A stretch of DNA of 64,000 nt from Lama guanicoe (Eukaryota), in the NCBI GenBank assembly GCA_013239625.1, contig MU053588.1, positions 955,988-1,019,987 of the forward strand, given 5' to 3'. Below, in pieces: positions 25,101 to 39,100 of this stretch (positions are counted from its first letter, which is position 1; each line of letters begins with the position of its first letter). Under the pieces are notes generated by a model that was given only the letters and a program-made list of their open reading frames with translations, did not search any database and had not been told where the DNA came from. The translations under genes were made by a program, and so were the position numbers.

Positions 25101-28100
25101 ATTGGAAAAGTCAGTGGAAAATTCCACTTCTTAGTGGAAAATTTCAATCAAACACGCACAAAAAAGAGAATAATACAATGAACCCAACTTCAATAGTTAA
25201 TATTTTGCTTTTTTTTTTTTCGGTCCCACTATTTTTTTGTTTCTGGAATTTTTGAGAGAAAATTCCAGCCATCACACCATTTCACCTATAAATTCTGGGA
25301 ATACTTGAGGGAAGTATCTCTTACACATGAGGACTTTTTTTTTTTCTTTTTTGGGTGGGGGGAGAGGAAGTAATTAGGTTTGTTTGTTTGTTTATTAATG
25401 GAGGTACTGGGAATTGAACCCATGACCTTGTGCGTGCTATACCCTCCCCCCACATGAGGACTTTTAAGAAGTAAAGCCACAATGCCATTAGAATGCCCAG
25501 CAAAATTAGCAATTAACCCCTTAATATCATCGAACCTGATTATAGTCATTTCCCCCCAATTATGTAAAAATGTTTGTTTGAATCAGGCAATACACTGCAT
25601 TAGATTGTTAAGTCTCTTAATACTCTGCTCACCTCTAAGTCTGCTCTCCTCCAACCCCCAACCATCAATCACCAACCACCTTTTTTTCAGGTAATTTAAG
25701 AAATCAGGCCATTTGTCATATAGAATTTGGCTGTTTGCTTCTTCATGGAGTTGATTAACTTGTTCCTCTGACCCTGTGTATTACTCTGCTCTGGCTGCCA
25801 TAATAAGACTGCCAGAGATGGGGGTGGGGTGGGGGGTTAAACAACAGACATGTATCTTCTCACAGTTCTGGAGGCTGCCAGTCTGAGATCAAGGTGTCAG
25901 CAGGGTTGGCTTCTGGTGAGGCCTCTTTGCTCGGATTGCAGAAAATGCCTTCTCCCTGTATCTTCACCTGGCCTTTTCTCTGTGTGCCTGAGTGTAGAGA
26001 GAGAGTTCTCTGCTGTCTCTTCCTCTTCTTATAAAGTCACCAGTCCAGTGGGATTAGAGCCCCGCCTTTATGACTTCATCAGACCTTGATTATCTATCTC
26101 CTTAAAGGCCCAGATACAGTCTCACTGGGGGCCAGGGCTTCAGCATATGAATTGGGAGGAGGTCAGGGGGATAGTTCAAGTGGTAAAGCACATGCTTAAC
26201 ATGCACAAGGTCCTGGGTTCATTCCCCAGTACCGCCATTAAAATAAATAAGTAAAAAACCTAATTACCTTCCCCCACTCAAAAAAGGAACATCTGTATAA
26301 ATTGGGAGGGGGACACTGTCAGTGACATGGCCAGTGTTAGTGGTTGGTCAGTGAGTTCAGATAGTGTCAGCCTGAATCAGCCGATTGTGTTCACAGTAGA
26401 ATGGGACCCGCCAAGCCCTACTGTGTCCGCTGTGTGCTGCCCAGCTCTAGGGAACACAGGAGGCCCCAGCCGGCTCTGGCCTGCATCGCCTGCTTCTGGG
26501 GGTTGGGGGTGCTGGGGAAGTTGGTCCCCAAGATGCTGCTGCAGGGTGAGCAGGGAGGGCACCCTGGGGGCAGCGCATGTATACATCCTGGGCAGTTGTC
26601 AGAGTAGTTGCTCCCCCTACTCCTCCCCATCTCAAGGCAGGATGTGGGGGCTAAGAGCAAGGCCGCCTGCTCACCCCTGGCTCTACTCCCCTGCAGCTGA
26701 GCATTAACAGTTGCTGGGTAGGCTCCTTCTGCCCCCAGGCCAGCTTCACCGCCACCATCTACGATGCCATCGCCACCGAGAGCACCCTCTTCATTCGGCA
26801 GAACCAGCTCGTTTACTATTTTACGGGCACCTATATCACACTCCACGAGAGCAACCATGGCAGCGGTGAGGGAGCTGTGGCTGGGTCACATACCTGGGTG
26901 TCCCTGGCGTCTTAGGCAAGGGGACCTGCCCATTGGAGCCCAGGGGAGGGAACCTCAGTGAATCCATCCCCTGGAGGCACCTGGGACTGGAATTGCCTTT
27001 GGGGTGGGTGGAGTTGGAGGGACTTCCCAGGCTCCTGAAGTGTCGCTGCCCACATTGCATGGCCTTTTCCTGCCCTCTGGGTGCTGGCGTGAGGCTTTCA
27101 TCCAGCCTCTCCCAGGAGCTGTGAGCCAACTAAGGGCCACAGAGAGTGGTGTGAGAGTGAAGGGAGGGAGCAGAGAGACAAACATATATGCACGAACACG
27201 AGCGTTTGCACACACACACACACACACGTACACACAAAGTCAGAAAGACAGAGAAAGACATGGGAAGAAAGATGTACACCAAGAGAGAAATTTCAGGGTC
27301 TGGAGAGAGGCACAGAGTCAGAAAGACAGACAGAAACAGAGGTCGGCTGTTGGAGGGGCAAAACCATGAACAGGATTAATCAGAGAGGAAAAAGAGCTTT
27401 TGATTCAGCCTCATCTTTTACCAAAGCCCTAGTTCTTCTTACCTCCCCACCCCACCCCCACCCCCACCCCATGTAAATGAGCGATGACAACTTATTGGGT
27501 CACCAAAACTTTGACTGTAACCTATATTAGTTAATGGATGTTCCCAACAACTTCATTTTCCTCTCTTTCTCTCTTAGGGCCCTTTGATGGTGGGAAGAAC
27601 TTCACTTGTTAAATTAGATTTAAGTCAAAGAATGGGCTGTTTAATCAGCTTAGCTGAAAAACTCAGGAGCATGTGGGTTTCAGGCACAGTTGGATCTAGG
27701 GGCTCACTGTAGCTGTTAGACAGGCCCCATCCTTGTGATGGCTATGGTGATTCCCTGCCCCAACTAGCAACTGCAGACTTTTATACCCTCAGGGACCCCA
27801 GGAAAGACCATCTCTTTGTTAGTGGTTGAAAACTGAGACTATCTCTGATTTGCCCAGCTTGATCACATGCCCAGCTCAGAACCAATCGCTCTGGCCAAGG
27901 GAATGCAAGGGTGGGGTCAGCCCAGTCTGAACTTCATGGACAGAGTGTGAGCAAGGGGGATTTTCTCAAAAGCAGCTGGGGCCCTGCACCAAGGGTCCCT
28001 CAGACACCACATTCAACAGTTGCTCCAGTGGGAGAGGACAGATAACAGGTTCATCAAGACCAGGGAAAGTGGATGGGTGGCCAGGTCCCAGGATCAAATG

Positions 28101-31100
28101 TCTATGCTGGCCCCCGCAGAGAAATGGGTTCATGTCCTGGAGAACGAGTGTGTCAAGAAGTTGTGCCCCGTGCATTTCCATAGCAATGGCTCCGAGTACA
28201 TCATGGCCCTCACCGCTGGCAAGCACGAAGGTTACGTCTACTTGGGGACTATCACAGGTAAGGCTGCAGTCCTCTGGCAGCCCGAGAGACCCCCTCCATA
28301 CCCTCTCACCTCCAAGAATTCTGACCCCAGGCCCTCACCCCTCACCATATTCCTTCAGGAGGGATCTCAGGTTGGAGGTTGTCTCTGTGATTTGGGATGG
28401 GTTTATACATTTGTCAGCGCAGGGCTTGGAGTGTGCTCTGTATCTTATGATGTGCTTGGTTTCAAAGGGCAGAAGCTCAATTTAAAAATCATTTAAGTAT
28501 AAAAACTTTGTAGACTTCTATAAATGAAAAGACCAGGATCCAATATCAGGCATGGCTGGATCCAGAGGCTCACAGGGTATATTGCCAGGACTCTGGCTAT
28601 CTCTTGGCAAGGTTGTATAGCATAGGGATTATAGCACAGCTTCTGGAGAGAGACTGCGCTAACACACCCAGTTCAAGTCACCTGTGGCTTTAGACAGGTG
28701 ACAATCTCTCTTTTTGGCCTTCTATCCTCATTTGCAAAATGAGGCTGATGTTATTAGTACCTGCCTCATCATGTTGACATAAAGATTAAATAAGTTAGCA
28801 TATGTAAAGGTCTTAGCATAGTGCTGGGGACATGGTGAGTGCTGTTCAGGGTTTCTCATTATTAGCCCTGTCATTTGGCATCCTATTCAGGTAGGTACTC
28901 CTCTCATGGGGGTTAAAGATGACCTCCAGGAACTCAGAGCTCACATCTCCCACCTGTCTTGAGTCACTTGGAGAGAGTGGGAGCAGCTTCTTCCCTATTA
29001 ACTCTAGCATGAATTCAGGGTGCAACCTTGGCTCATTCTGGGTCACATGCCCAGACCTGAGCCAATTACTGTGACCAGAGGCAGATATAACTTTGATAGG
29101 CCAGATGTGAATGACTGAAAGGCCAGTTGGGTGAGACCTGTCCCATGGAATCACAAAGACTAAGAGGGAGGCACAGGCATTCTACCACAGATAATTGGAA
29201 AGCTGATGTGTTGAGGTGCTGGCCGGGCTGTGAAGGGCCTGAGCATTGACCTGTCCTGCTCTGCAGATGGCCGTGTGTCCTTCGAGTTGCTGCCCAGGCA
29301 GCAGTCTGTGTGTGATGCGATAAAAGGTACTCAGCTCCCAGATGGTTTGGGGGTGGGCAATGGGGGGTTGGAGGGTGTGGGAAAGCAAGGAAGGGTGGGA
29401 GAGCTCATGGGAATGGATGGGTAGTTTCTTGGGAAGGGGTGGAGAGTCAACCGGGATGGGCATGGCAGTTACAGAGCCCACAGAGAGGCAGGGTCCCGGG
29501 GCTACTCTGGACCTCCTCCTTCCCAACCAGTTGTCAACTGCTCCATAACCTGGGCCGTGTTCGTTGCTGGTCACTACAATCTCCTGCTGCTGGTGGAAAT
29601 TGAAGACCCCTCCACCAGGAAGTATTTCCAGGTGGTCAGCTATGACCTGGGTAATTGGGGCACCATGGGGGGCTGAGTGGGAAGGGGCAAGAGCCCATGG
29701 TGTGAACTGAGGGCCCATCCTGTGGGATCTGTGCCCAGCAGCCAGCCAGAAGGAAATGTTGCTCTGTCACTGCTGGGTAAGGGGCAGTGGTGGAGAACAG
29801 GCTGGAGAGGCTGAGAGGAAGACAATGAGACTGAAACAGAGGGGAAAGCCAAGGGAGGGATATTGGAGAGATGAGCAAGTGCCAGATCTGGAAGGGCCTT
29901 GTGGTGCACAGTAAGGAGATCTGATTTGATTTTACCCGAAGTGAGAATAGTGCTGCCATGTACAGTTGTACAAGCTGTGCATGGTGCTCCCCAGCCAAGG
30001 AGTCAGAGGAGGCAAGTCCTCTGCCCTAACAGGACTGTATCCTCTCAGAGGCAGTGCCTTTGGACAATCCACATAAAGAAACTCTAAGAGCTAATAGGCC
30101 CAAGTGGGAAATCGTTGGAGAGTCTTTGGCGGAGTCGAGGGGCTGGGGACTTGCCCAGTTTCAGGTTTTGAAAGCTCAGGGCCTCAGGAGAGTTTGCTGC
30201 GTTTTCCCCACCTGCAGTCCGTGATTACCTGGTCATCCTCTACACCGTCCCAGAATTCATCCCTGACGGTAGGAGGGGAAGGCAGAGGGGGCCGCAAAGC
30301 TGGGTGGGGGCCAAGAGGGGCCCAGGTGACCCCATCCCACTGCTGTATCCACTCTTCCTCTGTCTGCCAGCTCAAGGCCTGGAGTTCCTGAATATCCTAG
30401 GGGCAGAGTCTTATACCAACATCTCGATGGTACCTAAGGGCATGTCCTATAACCCATATAACAACTGGCTGTTCATCTGGGGCAACTTCCTCCTGATGAG
30501 GTATGGGGGATGGGCTGACTCGGCCTACCCAGCCCCATTAGAGTGGGGGTTCTTTCTGAAGTCACCAGGTTTTCAGAGTATGCCCAAGTCCAGAAGTTGT
30601 CAGGAACTGGGATGGGGGAAATATGGGCTGGGGTAGGCAGGGAAGGGTGGGGGAAGCCGGTATTTTAAAGCTGGGAGCCCTTTCTTGAATGAAACTTGAT
30701 GTAAAGACCCAATCTGTATGGGCAATGGAAGGGTATTATCTGGGGAAATTTACCCCTCAGGAACCTAAGAGATCCAACGTCAATGCCATGGGCTGTTGGC
30801 ACACTGCCAGGTTGGTTGAATGCTTCTGTTTACAGATGGGTAGGTTAGCCAGAGGGTTTGGAGTGGGGGCAGAAGCTAGGGTCCCATTCTTAAAAGGCTG
30901 GTGGAGGACTGAGTAGATGGTTCCTGCATCATGTTAGGCCCAGTGAGGGGAACAGATATTCCCCAGGGGCCTTGCCTGGGTGCCCCTACCTCCTATCTCT
31001 GCCCCAGCAGCTATAACAATCAAAACTTCATCTACCTGGCGGATTTCCCCAAGGAGCTGTCCATCAAGTACCTGGTCAACTCATTCCATGGGGACGTGGC

Positions 31101-34100
31101 TATTGTCACAGAGACCGAGGAGGTGGGCCGCCCTGCCCTTCTTCCCACCTCCTCTCTGCCCACCCCCAAATCCTGGGGGGTCTCCCTTTTCCCCATTAGA
31201 GTAAAGGGGCCCAAGGGAGGGAAGGTCCTCAGGGACTCTGGGGGAAGAGCAACAGGAGATCCATTTATAGCTGAGACTCCTTGAGCTCAAAAAGGTCAAG
31301 TACCTCTTCCAAAGTCACTCAGCAGAGTGCAAGACTTGTGCTTAGAGCCATGATGTGATTGCCAGAGGGGTGCCTCTTTTATTCCGTCATGCAGTTGTTC
31401 AGTTCATAAATATTGAGCACTTACTGTATGCCTGACCCGGTGCTGGGGACACAGTGATGACTGAGTTAGGCCCAGGCCCTGTGCTCACCGGGTCACAGTC
31501 CAGTTGGAAAGATGGACTTGTTCCCAGACAGTGACAGTTCAGAGTAGTCAGGGTTGCAACAGGGCAAACTGCACCTATGGTAGTTCAGATCGCATCTGTG
31601 TGTGTGTGTGTGTGTCCGGGAGGACTTCATAGAGGAGGCCACGTGGAGGGGGGGACATGCTGGAGCCTAGAGGGGATCCTCCAGGCTGAAGCTAAGAAGA
31701 AGGTGAGGTCTAGAGCCAAATGTGTTGGGGGGATGAGAGGGTGGGCATCAGTGCAGAGATGGGAAACTGAGGTCACGGGGATAGTGAGACCCTGGAGGGT
31801 GCAGAGTGAAAAGGAAAAAAGAGGGCTCATTTGTCAGAACCCCAGCCTTTAGGGGGTGTCTGTATTAGGAATGCTTATACTGCAAGTAATAGAAACTCAA
31901 GCAGACTGAAACACTGAAGAAATTTATCCTGGCGAGTGAGGGCTGGAAGCAAAGGTGTTTGAGTCTGGGAAGTAGAAAGCTGGTCCCAGCTGGAGGTGAG
32001 CTCCCAAGCCTCACCCTGCAGGGAATGGGACCTTCACACTCAGTGGAGGGAGCAACGGGGTCAGAGGGCCTGTGGTCCTCACACACATACCCAGCTGTTG
32101 CACCCCCAGATCTGGTACCTCCTGGAGGGCAGCTACCGGGTGAACCAGCTCTTTCCATCCAAGGGCTGGGAGGTGTACATCAGCCTACAGGTGATGCACC
32201 AGTCCTCTCTCTACGCCCCCAATGAGACCATGGTCACCCTCTTCTACGAAGACAGAAAACTGTACCAGGTGCCAGGTGGGGGGCTATGGGGAGACATGGG
32301 GAGCCAGAGGGTGGCTGACGCCAGCTCACATGGCCCTGCCTTCCCACTGCAGCTGGTATACCTTATAGACAACCAGCAGGGCAGGCTCGTCAAGAGGCTT
32401 GTGCCTGTGGAGCAGCTTCTGATGTACCAGCAGCTCAGCAACGGCTACCACTTGAAGCCGCAAGGGTGAGAAGATACTGGACCACAGCAGTAGTCAGAGA
32501 GCCCTAGGCTCCCATTCGTGTGAAGCTCCCTTTCTGGGACGGGGATTGGGGGGGAGGACCAAGCCATCCTCAACAACTAGGCTGGGCTCAAAGGAGGGGT
32601 CTGACCCAGCCTATGGGCAAGACGCATCAGGGAGGGCTTCAAGGAGGAAGATTTGCATGAGCTGTGACCTGAAGGGTGAGGAAGAATTGTCCAGGTGACA
32701 GGATGGAGAAGGGTGTTCCAGAATGGGGGAACCACATGTGCAAAGGCCCCAGGGAAGAAAGGAGATTGTGCGGTCAAGAACTGTGAGGGAGCAGTGCAGA
32801 CAGAGTGCAGTGGTGGTCATAGGGAGGAACTTGGACTTCATGTTGAGGAGTCTGGGGAACTATGATGGGACTAAGGGAAGGGACTACATGGTTTTACTAT
32901 GTTCAGTAGTGATCCTTCTGGTCACCTGTGAGAGGCAGCTGGGGGAGGAGGGACGTGGAAAGGTGCTTAGGAGGTTGAATACTTGGAGGGTTCCTGGTGA
33001 GTCTAGGCTGAAGTCCAGGACTCTGGTTGGAGGGACCGAGGGACGACCAGGGGAATGTGTCCAGGGCCAGGAGGGGCAGAGGCTGAGAAGGAAGGTCCAG
33101 GCTAGATTAGCCTTGGGTAGTCAGCACGGAAGTGAGAAAAAGGTCTTCGGAGGCTCCAGGTGCGCCTGGCCGGCGCGGAAAAGTCAACTGCCGTTCTCCA
33201 CTCCCGCTACCCAGGGGTCACCTGACTCTCTCCTTCACCGAATTCTGCCCCTTCATGGTGTTGCGCCTGCGGGACCTACCCAACCCGCAAATCTACACGC
33301 GGCAGGAGCGCTACCGAGCACAGCCGCCGCGCGTCCTGGAGCCCTCGGGCTTCCACAACGAGATCTCCCTCGCTGCCTATCAGGGCCTCGTTTACTACCT
33401 GCTCTGGCTGCACTCCGTGTACGACAAGGTGGGCGCCTGGAGGCTGCCGGGGCTTCCGGGCCGGGGCTGGTCTGAGGCAGGACTGCAGAGGCTTAGGAGG
33501 CAAGGCCTACGTGGCTGGGAGAACCACCGCGGAGGGTGGGGGAGAGCGGAGCATCCCCGGTGCGTCTGAGGCTGAGGGGCCTGAGGGGGCTGGGGAGGGC
33601 GTCGAGCACGGCTCCGGGGAGGTGGCTTTGGGGTGTGGCCGTCGGGCAGAAAGCGGGGCTTGGGGCGGGGCCGGGGTTTGTATCTTTCGCTTTGAGTCAG
33701 CGGCTGGGACTGAGGATAGGAAGGGGTCTGGGGTGCCGCCTACCTGGACACGCACCCCGGCCCTCCTCGTGATGCTGGCGGTCCCTGCAGCCCTACGCGG
33801 ACCCGGTCCACGACCCCACCTGGCGCTGGTGGAAGGACAGGAAGCAGGATCAGGTGAGTGGAGAGGGCTGCGAGTCGGGGAGGACCCAGCCTGACACCCT
33901 CACCGTCCCTTGTCTCTTGGGGCTGACTTTGGCCGGCATCCGGTCCCCCAGGATTACTACTTCTACCTGGCGAGCAACTGGAGGAGCGCGGGCAAGGTGC
34001 ACATTGACATGACTAGTTACGAAAAGATCTACGACCTCAAGGCCGAGTATGAGCTGCCCGAGCGCATCTTCCTGGACAAAGGCACCAGCTACAGCTTTTC

Positions 34101-36148
34101 CATCTTCCTGACCGCCCAGGGGCATTTGTTCAAGTCGGAGATCCAGCACGGTCTGTGGGCGGGGCCGGGTGGAATCTGAGGGGCGGGGTTTCGTTCGGGT
34201 CTGGCTGAAGGCCCTAATCCCTCCCTCTGCTCCAAGCAGGGGTCTCCGTCCAGCCGCAGAGTCGGGCAAAGCTGGCGGTGGTGCTGGGCGACCCGGGCTG
34301 CATCGAGGTGGTGATGAAGAAGGAGGTCCTTATTAATCGCTACTTGGTACTTTTCTGGGTGAGACCAGATGGGGAAGGAGAAGTGGAGGCAGAGCTACTA
34401 GTGGACCCGTTAGAAACCCTTGGTTATTTAACTGTCTCTGGGTTCTCTCATTGGCCTGCTGACCCGTTTTCTGCCCTCAACCCCAGGTTACGCTCAGTGA
34501 TAAAAGGTCTTGCTTTGACCAAGGCATTAGTGGACATCACCTTAAGAAGACCTCCATGCTCGTCAAGGTGTGGTCCAAGCCCGGCAAAGAGGGAGGCGGG
34601 ATAAGGGGAAAGACTGGGACCCTGTGTTAAACCATCATCACCTGTTCCTACTCACAGGTGGTGGGCTCTGCCTGGCACTGCTTTCAGAACACGCTCCAGG
34701 GGCCCCGCATGCAAGTATTGGACTTGGGGTACTCGGCCCTATGCTGGGAGGGAAGGGGTTGGGTCAAGTCTCAACAGGGCTGAGTCCAAGGGCCTCCCCT
34801 GGGAATCCCATGTATGACTTCCTAATTTCTTCCTTCTTGTTCATTTTCGTCATTTCCCTGCCCAGTCACTCACTCACTCCTTCCAGCCACCCATGTTTTC
34901 AGATTGCACACAGGCTTGAATGTCCCTTCTGATACTTTTCTGCAGAGGGAACATAAAGTATCTATGACACAAGGCTTCTTCCAATCAGTACAAAGGTGGC
35001 CCGTGGACCGGCTTGGCCCCTCTTTCACACCTTGCTCGTGCATCGTTCAAGCCTTTGGGTCCTTGGTTTTCACTTGTTTACACATACAATATCTCCTTCA
35101 CATAGAAGCAGACACTGAGGCTCAGAGAGGGGCAGACATCTGCTTAGAGTAACCCCGGGAGCTAATAAGTGGTAGAAGAGGCCTTGTTCTTACCCACTGC
35201 CCTGCCCACTCTCCAGCAGACAGAGCCTGGGGATCCTCCCTCCTGGCTTGGTATGACCCAGGGTAGTATAAAAAAAAATTGAGTTGTAACAGCCCCCAAT
35301 TCCTTGGATTACATTAGAGAACCCAGGTCATGTGCAGGGAAGAATGACTGACCTCAGCATCCAGGAAGTGTTTCCTGCTATCCTTAGTGATACACATTAT
35401 TTTTCTCTTAATCATGACACCAAACTCAGAGTTAACTCCATTTTTGACCCAGCAGATCCCTTCTGGGAATCTGATCTGCAAACACACTGTTACAGCAAAA
35501 GACTAGAGACAGCCTAAATGTTTGTTAATTAGGGGAGTGGTTATATAAATGGTGGTTCCATGCAGTGGAAAACTATTCAGCTGTTAAGAAAGAAAGAAAA
35601 AAAAAAGGCAGAGAGAACAAAGATCTCCACATACTGATGTCGAATGATCTCCAAAGTGTATTTTATTCTTAAGAGAAAAAAGCAGGGGACAGAACAGTAT
35701 AAACAAAATGTGAGCATGAATGGTTAATTGAGAACATATATCCATGCTTGCTTTTATTTGCGAGAAGAAACTCTGGGAAAATAGGCAAGAAAGTCCTCAG
35801 AGTGGTTCCCTATTCTCGGAATAGGGAAGAGGCAGGACAGCTGGAAGATGGGAGAGGAAATGAAATTTTTACTATATATATGGGTGTGTGTATATATATA
35901 TGCATATATATGTCTACTCTCTCTCTCTCTCTCTCGTGACCATAATATCCACCTAAACTAAAGTTTAAGGTTTAAAAAGCCAATTTTTTTTTAAACATGG
36001 AGGGGAGGGGCTCGAGTGGTAGAGCACATGCTTGGCATGCACGAGGTTCTGGGTTCAATCCCTAGTACCTCCATTAAAAAAAACAACAACTAATAATAAA
36101 TAAATGAAGAGACCTAATGACCTCCCACCACCAAAATAAATAAATTAA

Positions 36149-36188
<40 letters not shown>

Positions 36189-39100
36189 CAGGGAAACAGA
36201 GGAGCTGAAGGTGAAATGCAGTCTGACTTCTCTCTATCTGCATTCTCAGGCTGGGGCCTTTTAGATTTCTTGTCCCTTTCTCTCCCCTCCCCCACATTGC
36301 CAGATCAAGAAGTATGTGTATTTGGAAGGCTTGGAGACTCTCTCTGGCTCCCCATCCTGGGAAAAATGGAAACTGGAACTAATCTGATAAGCAGTGGGTT
36401 CTCAATCGGTAAATATGTTGGATGAAGGAAGAAATGAACTTCCGCATACTAGGCACTCAAGGCTTGGGGCAGCCCTCAGCAGGCCAGCTCCAGAGATAGG
36501 CCTCCAGCGGAGAATGGGGTTGGGGCTGGGATTGAGGGGACAGACCAGGAACAGATTTCACTCCCAGTGCCTGGAGCTTATGCATTCATTCCACCAATAT
36601 TTATTGAGTGCCCGTCACATGCCAGCATTGGTCTTTAGGTGCTGGGATTACAGCGGTGAACAAAACACAATTCCTGTCCTTGCGAAGCTGACTTCCTAGT
36701 GGCGGGATTGAGTGGGATGGGGGACAGCGGGTAGTGTATTGGTTTCCTAGGGCTGCCATGACAAATTAGCACAAACTGGGAAATGTATTCTCTCCCAGTT
36801 GTGGAGGACAGAAGTCCAGAATCAGGACTGTTCCCCTCTGCAGTTTGAGGGAGAATCAGTTCTAGGCCTCCAGCCCAGCTTCCGGTGGTCATTGACAATC
36901 CTTGACACTCCTTGGCTTGAAGATGCATCACTCCAACTCTGCCTCCATCCTCACAGGACACTTATAAGGACACTGGTCATTGGATTAGTGCCCACCCTAG
37001 TCCAGTACGACCTCATCTTAACTTGATTACCTCTGCAAAGACCCTATTCCAAGTTAGGTCACAGGCGCAGGTACCCGGGGATTAGGACTTCAGCCTATCT
37101 TCTGGGGATGCACAATTCAACCCAGAACAGAGTCAGGCAATAATCCAGAGAAATAAAAGATATTGGATGTTAAGGGGCGGTGAGCACTAGGAGAAAAAGA
37201 AGCAGGCTAGGGATGTGGGGTATGTTATCCTTTTCCATAGGATGGTTCAGGGAAGGCCTGGCTAAGGAGGAAACATTTGAGCAAAGACTTGAAGGAGGAG
37301 AGGAAGCGAGCACATGGTTATGTGCCAGAAAGTGTGCCAGTGAGAGGTGACGGATTGCAGAGAGACTTGGAAGCAGAAGTATGGTTCACAGACTAAGGGA
37401 ACAGTAAGGAGCAGGCATGACTGGATCAGGGCAGGCGAGGAGGAGCATGGAGAGAGATGAGATCACAGTGGTGATGGGCAGATCACGCCAGGCCTAGTGG
37501 GCCCCGGTGAGTGAGGTGACACCTCGGGAGCCATCCTAGCAGAGGAGCAACACAGGTGTTCACAGGGTCCCCCTGGCTGCATGTGGGGGTTAGCTCTGGA
37601 GGGAAGGGCTGGAACAGGGACACCAGGGAGGGAGCAGGTTGGGCCAGCCAGGGTGGGGCAGAGGAGCTGAGAGGTTGTCAGGGAGAATAGCTCTATTTTG
37701 AAGTCTAGAGACAACAGAGTATCTGGATGGACTGGATGTGGGAGTGAGAGAAAGAGAGTTTTCCAGGATGAGGCCAAGGCCTCAAGCCTGAACATGGAGG
37801 AAAGAGGTACCACAAACTGAGGTGGGTTGTGGATAGATTGAATCTGAGATGCTCATTAGACTTCCTTGTGACTTAGTGGCTGATAGGTGTAAAGTCTTTG
37901 GCCCAGGCCTGGGGTGGGAAGGGCTTAATCTAGGGCCACCGACCCCTCTGCACAGTCATCATCAACCCAGGCCACAGCCTCCAGATGCCCATGTCCCTTT
38001 GAGACTTGGATGAAACCCCTGAGCCCTAACCCTGATATGGGCCAAGGACTTTTCATTCCTAGGACAATGTCACGGGGGTCCCCTACCCTGACCGCCATTC
38101 TGGGCTCCGCTTCCCTCATGTATTCCATGCTTCCCTCAGGTCTCTTATTTGAGAAATCGGGCTCAACTTCCATCCCCCAAAGTCCAGCTAGGAGTCGGAT
38201 GCTCTGTAGGTGTAGGTGTTGGTGGCTTTGTATATCTGATTCTGGAGGCGGCTGAAAGCAACCTGTCTCAGTTTGAATCCCAGCTCTGCCACTTACCAGC
38301 TGTGTGGCTGTGGATAATTAAATGACTTGGCTTCTCTGTGCCTCACTTTTGCCATCTCTAAAATGGAGATATTAATAGTCTACCATGCAAGGCTGTTTTG
38401 AGGATTAAATGAGTATGAATACATAAGGCACTTAGAACATTCCTTAGTGCTGGTGCATCATAAGAGCTAAGTGTTTGCAGTTATTAGAATGTTGTTTTAA
38501 GGATAATAATGATGACATTGCCCTCTGATGATGGTGAACCTGGCAAGTGGTGGCAGTGTGTGTGGGAGGAGGGGTGTCCTCCCCGCCCCACCCTCCAGAG
38601 TAAGGCTTTTCTCCTCTCACTCAGGGCAGCTTGATGATACCAGTGCTTATCGGCTGCCCCCCAGGCAAGCGCCTGGCCTTCGACATCACCTACACACTGG
38701 AGTACAGCCGCCTGCAGAACAAGCATTACTTCGACTGCGTGCAAGTGGATCCTGAGATGCCCTGCTTCTTCTTCCGCGATAGTGCGTTTCCGGTCCCCTC
38801 CTCTCATTGTTCAGTGTCTTCTGCCCCGGCCACTTTGCCTTCCCTAACCTTTCCTCCTGCCCACTCATCGTCCACCCATCTTCTGCTCTTCCCCTTGGTC
38901 CTCTCATCTCCCCTTCCTCCCCTCTCCATCCTCCACTTCCAAGCTAATTTCTCCTCCTTCTGGCCTCAACCCCTCCTACCCCACAGTCTTCTACCCCTTC
39001 TTCTTGATCCAAGACTTGGTGACGGGAGATTCTGGCAGTTTTCAGGGCAGGTAAAGGCATGGCCAAGCTAGCGGCTGATGGGAGTGGGGTGGGGAGGTGG

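Noticed and set aside
30269..30370. Mirtron in a short G-rich/C-rich CATSPERG intron
   Set aside because: End-to-end pairing is only partial, which is expected for GC-rich short introns. It cannot be supported without small-RNA data.
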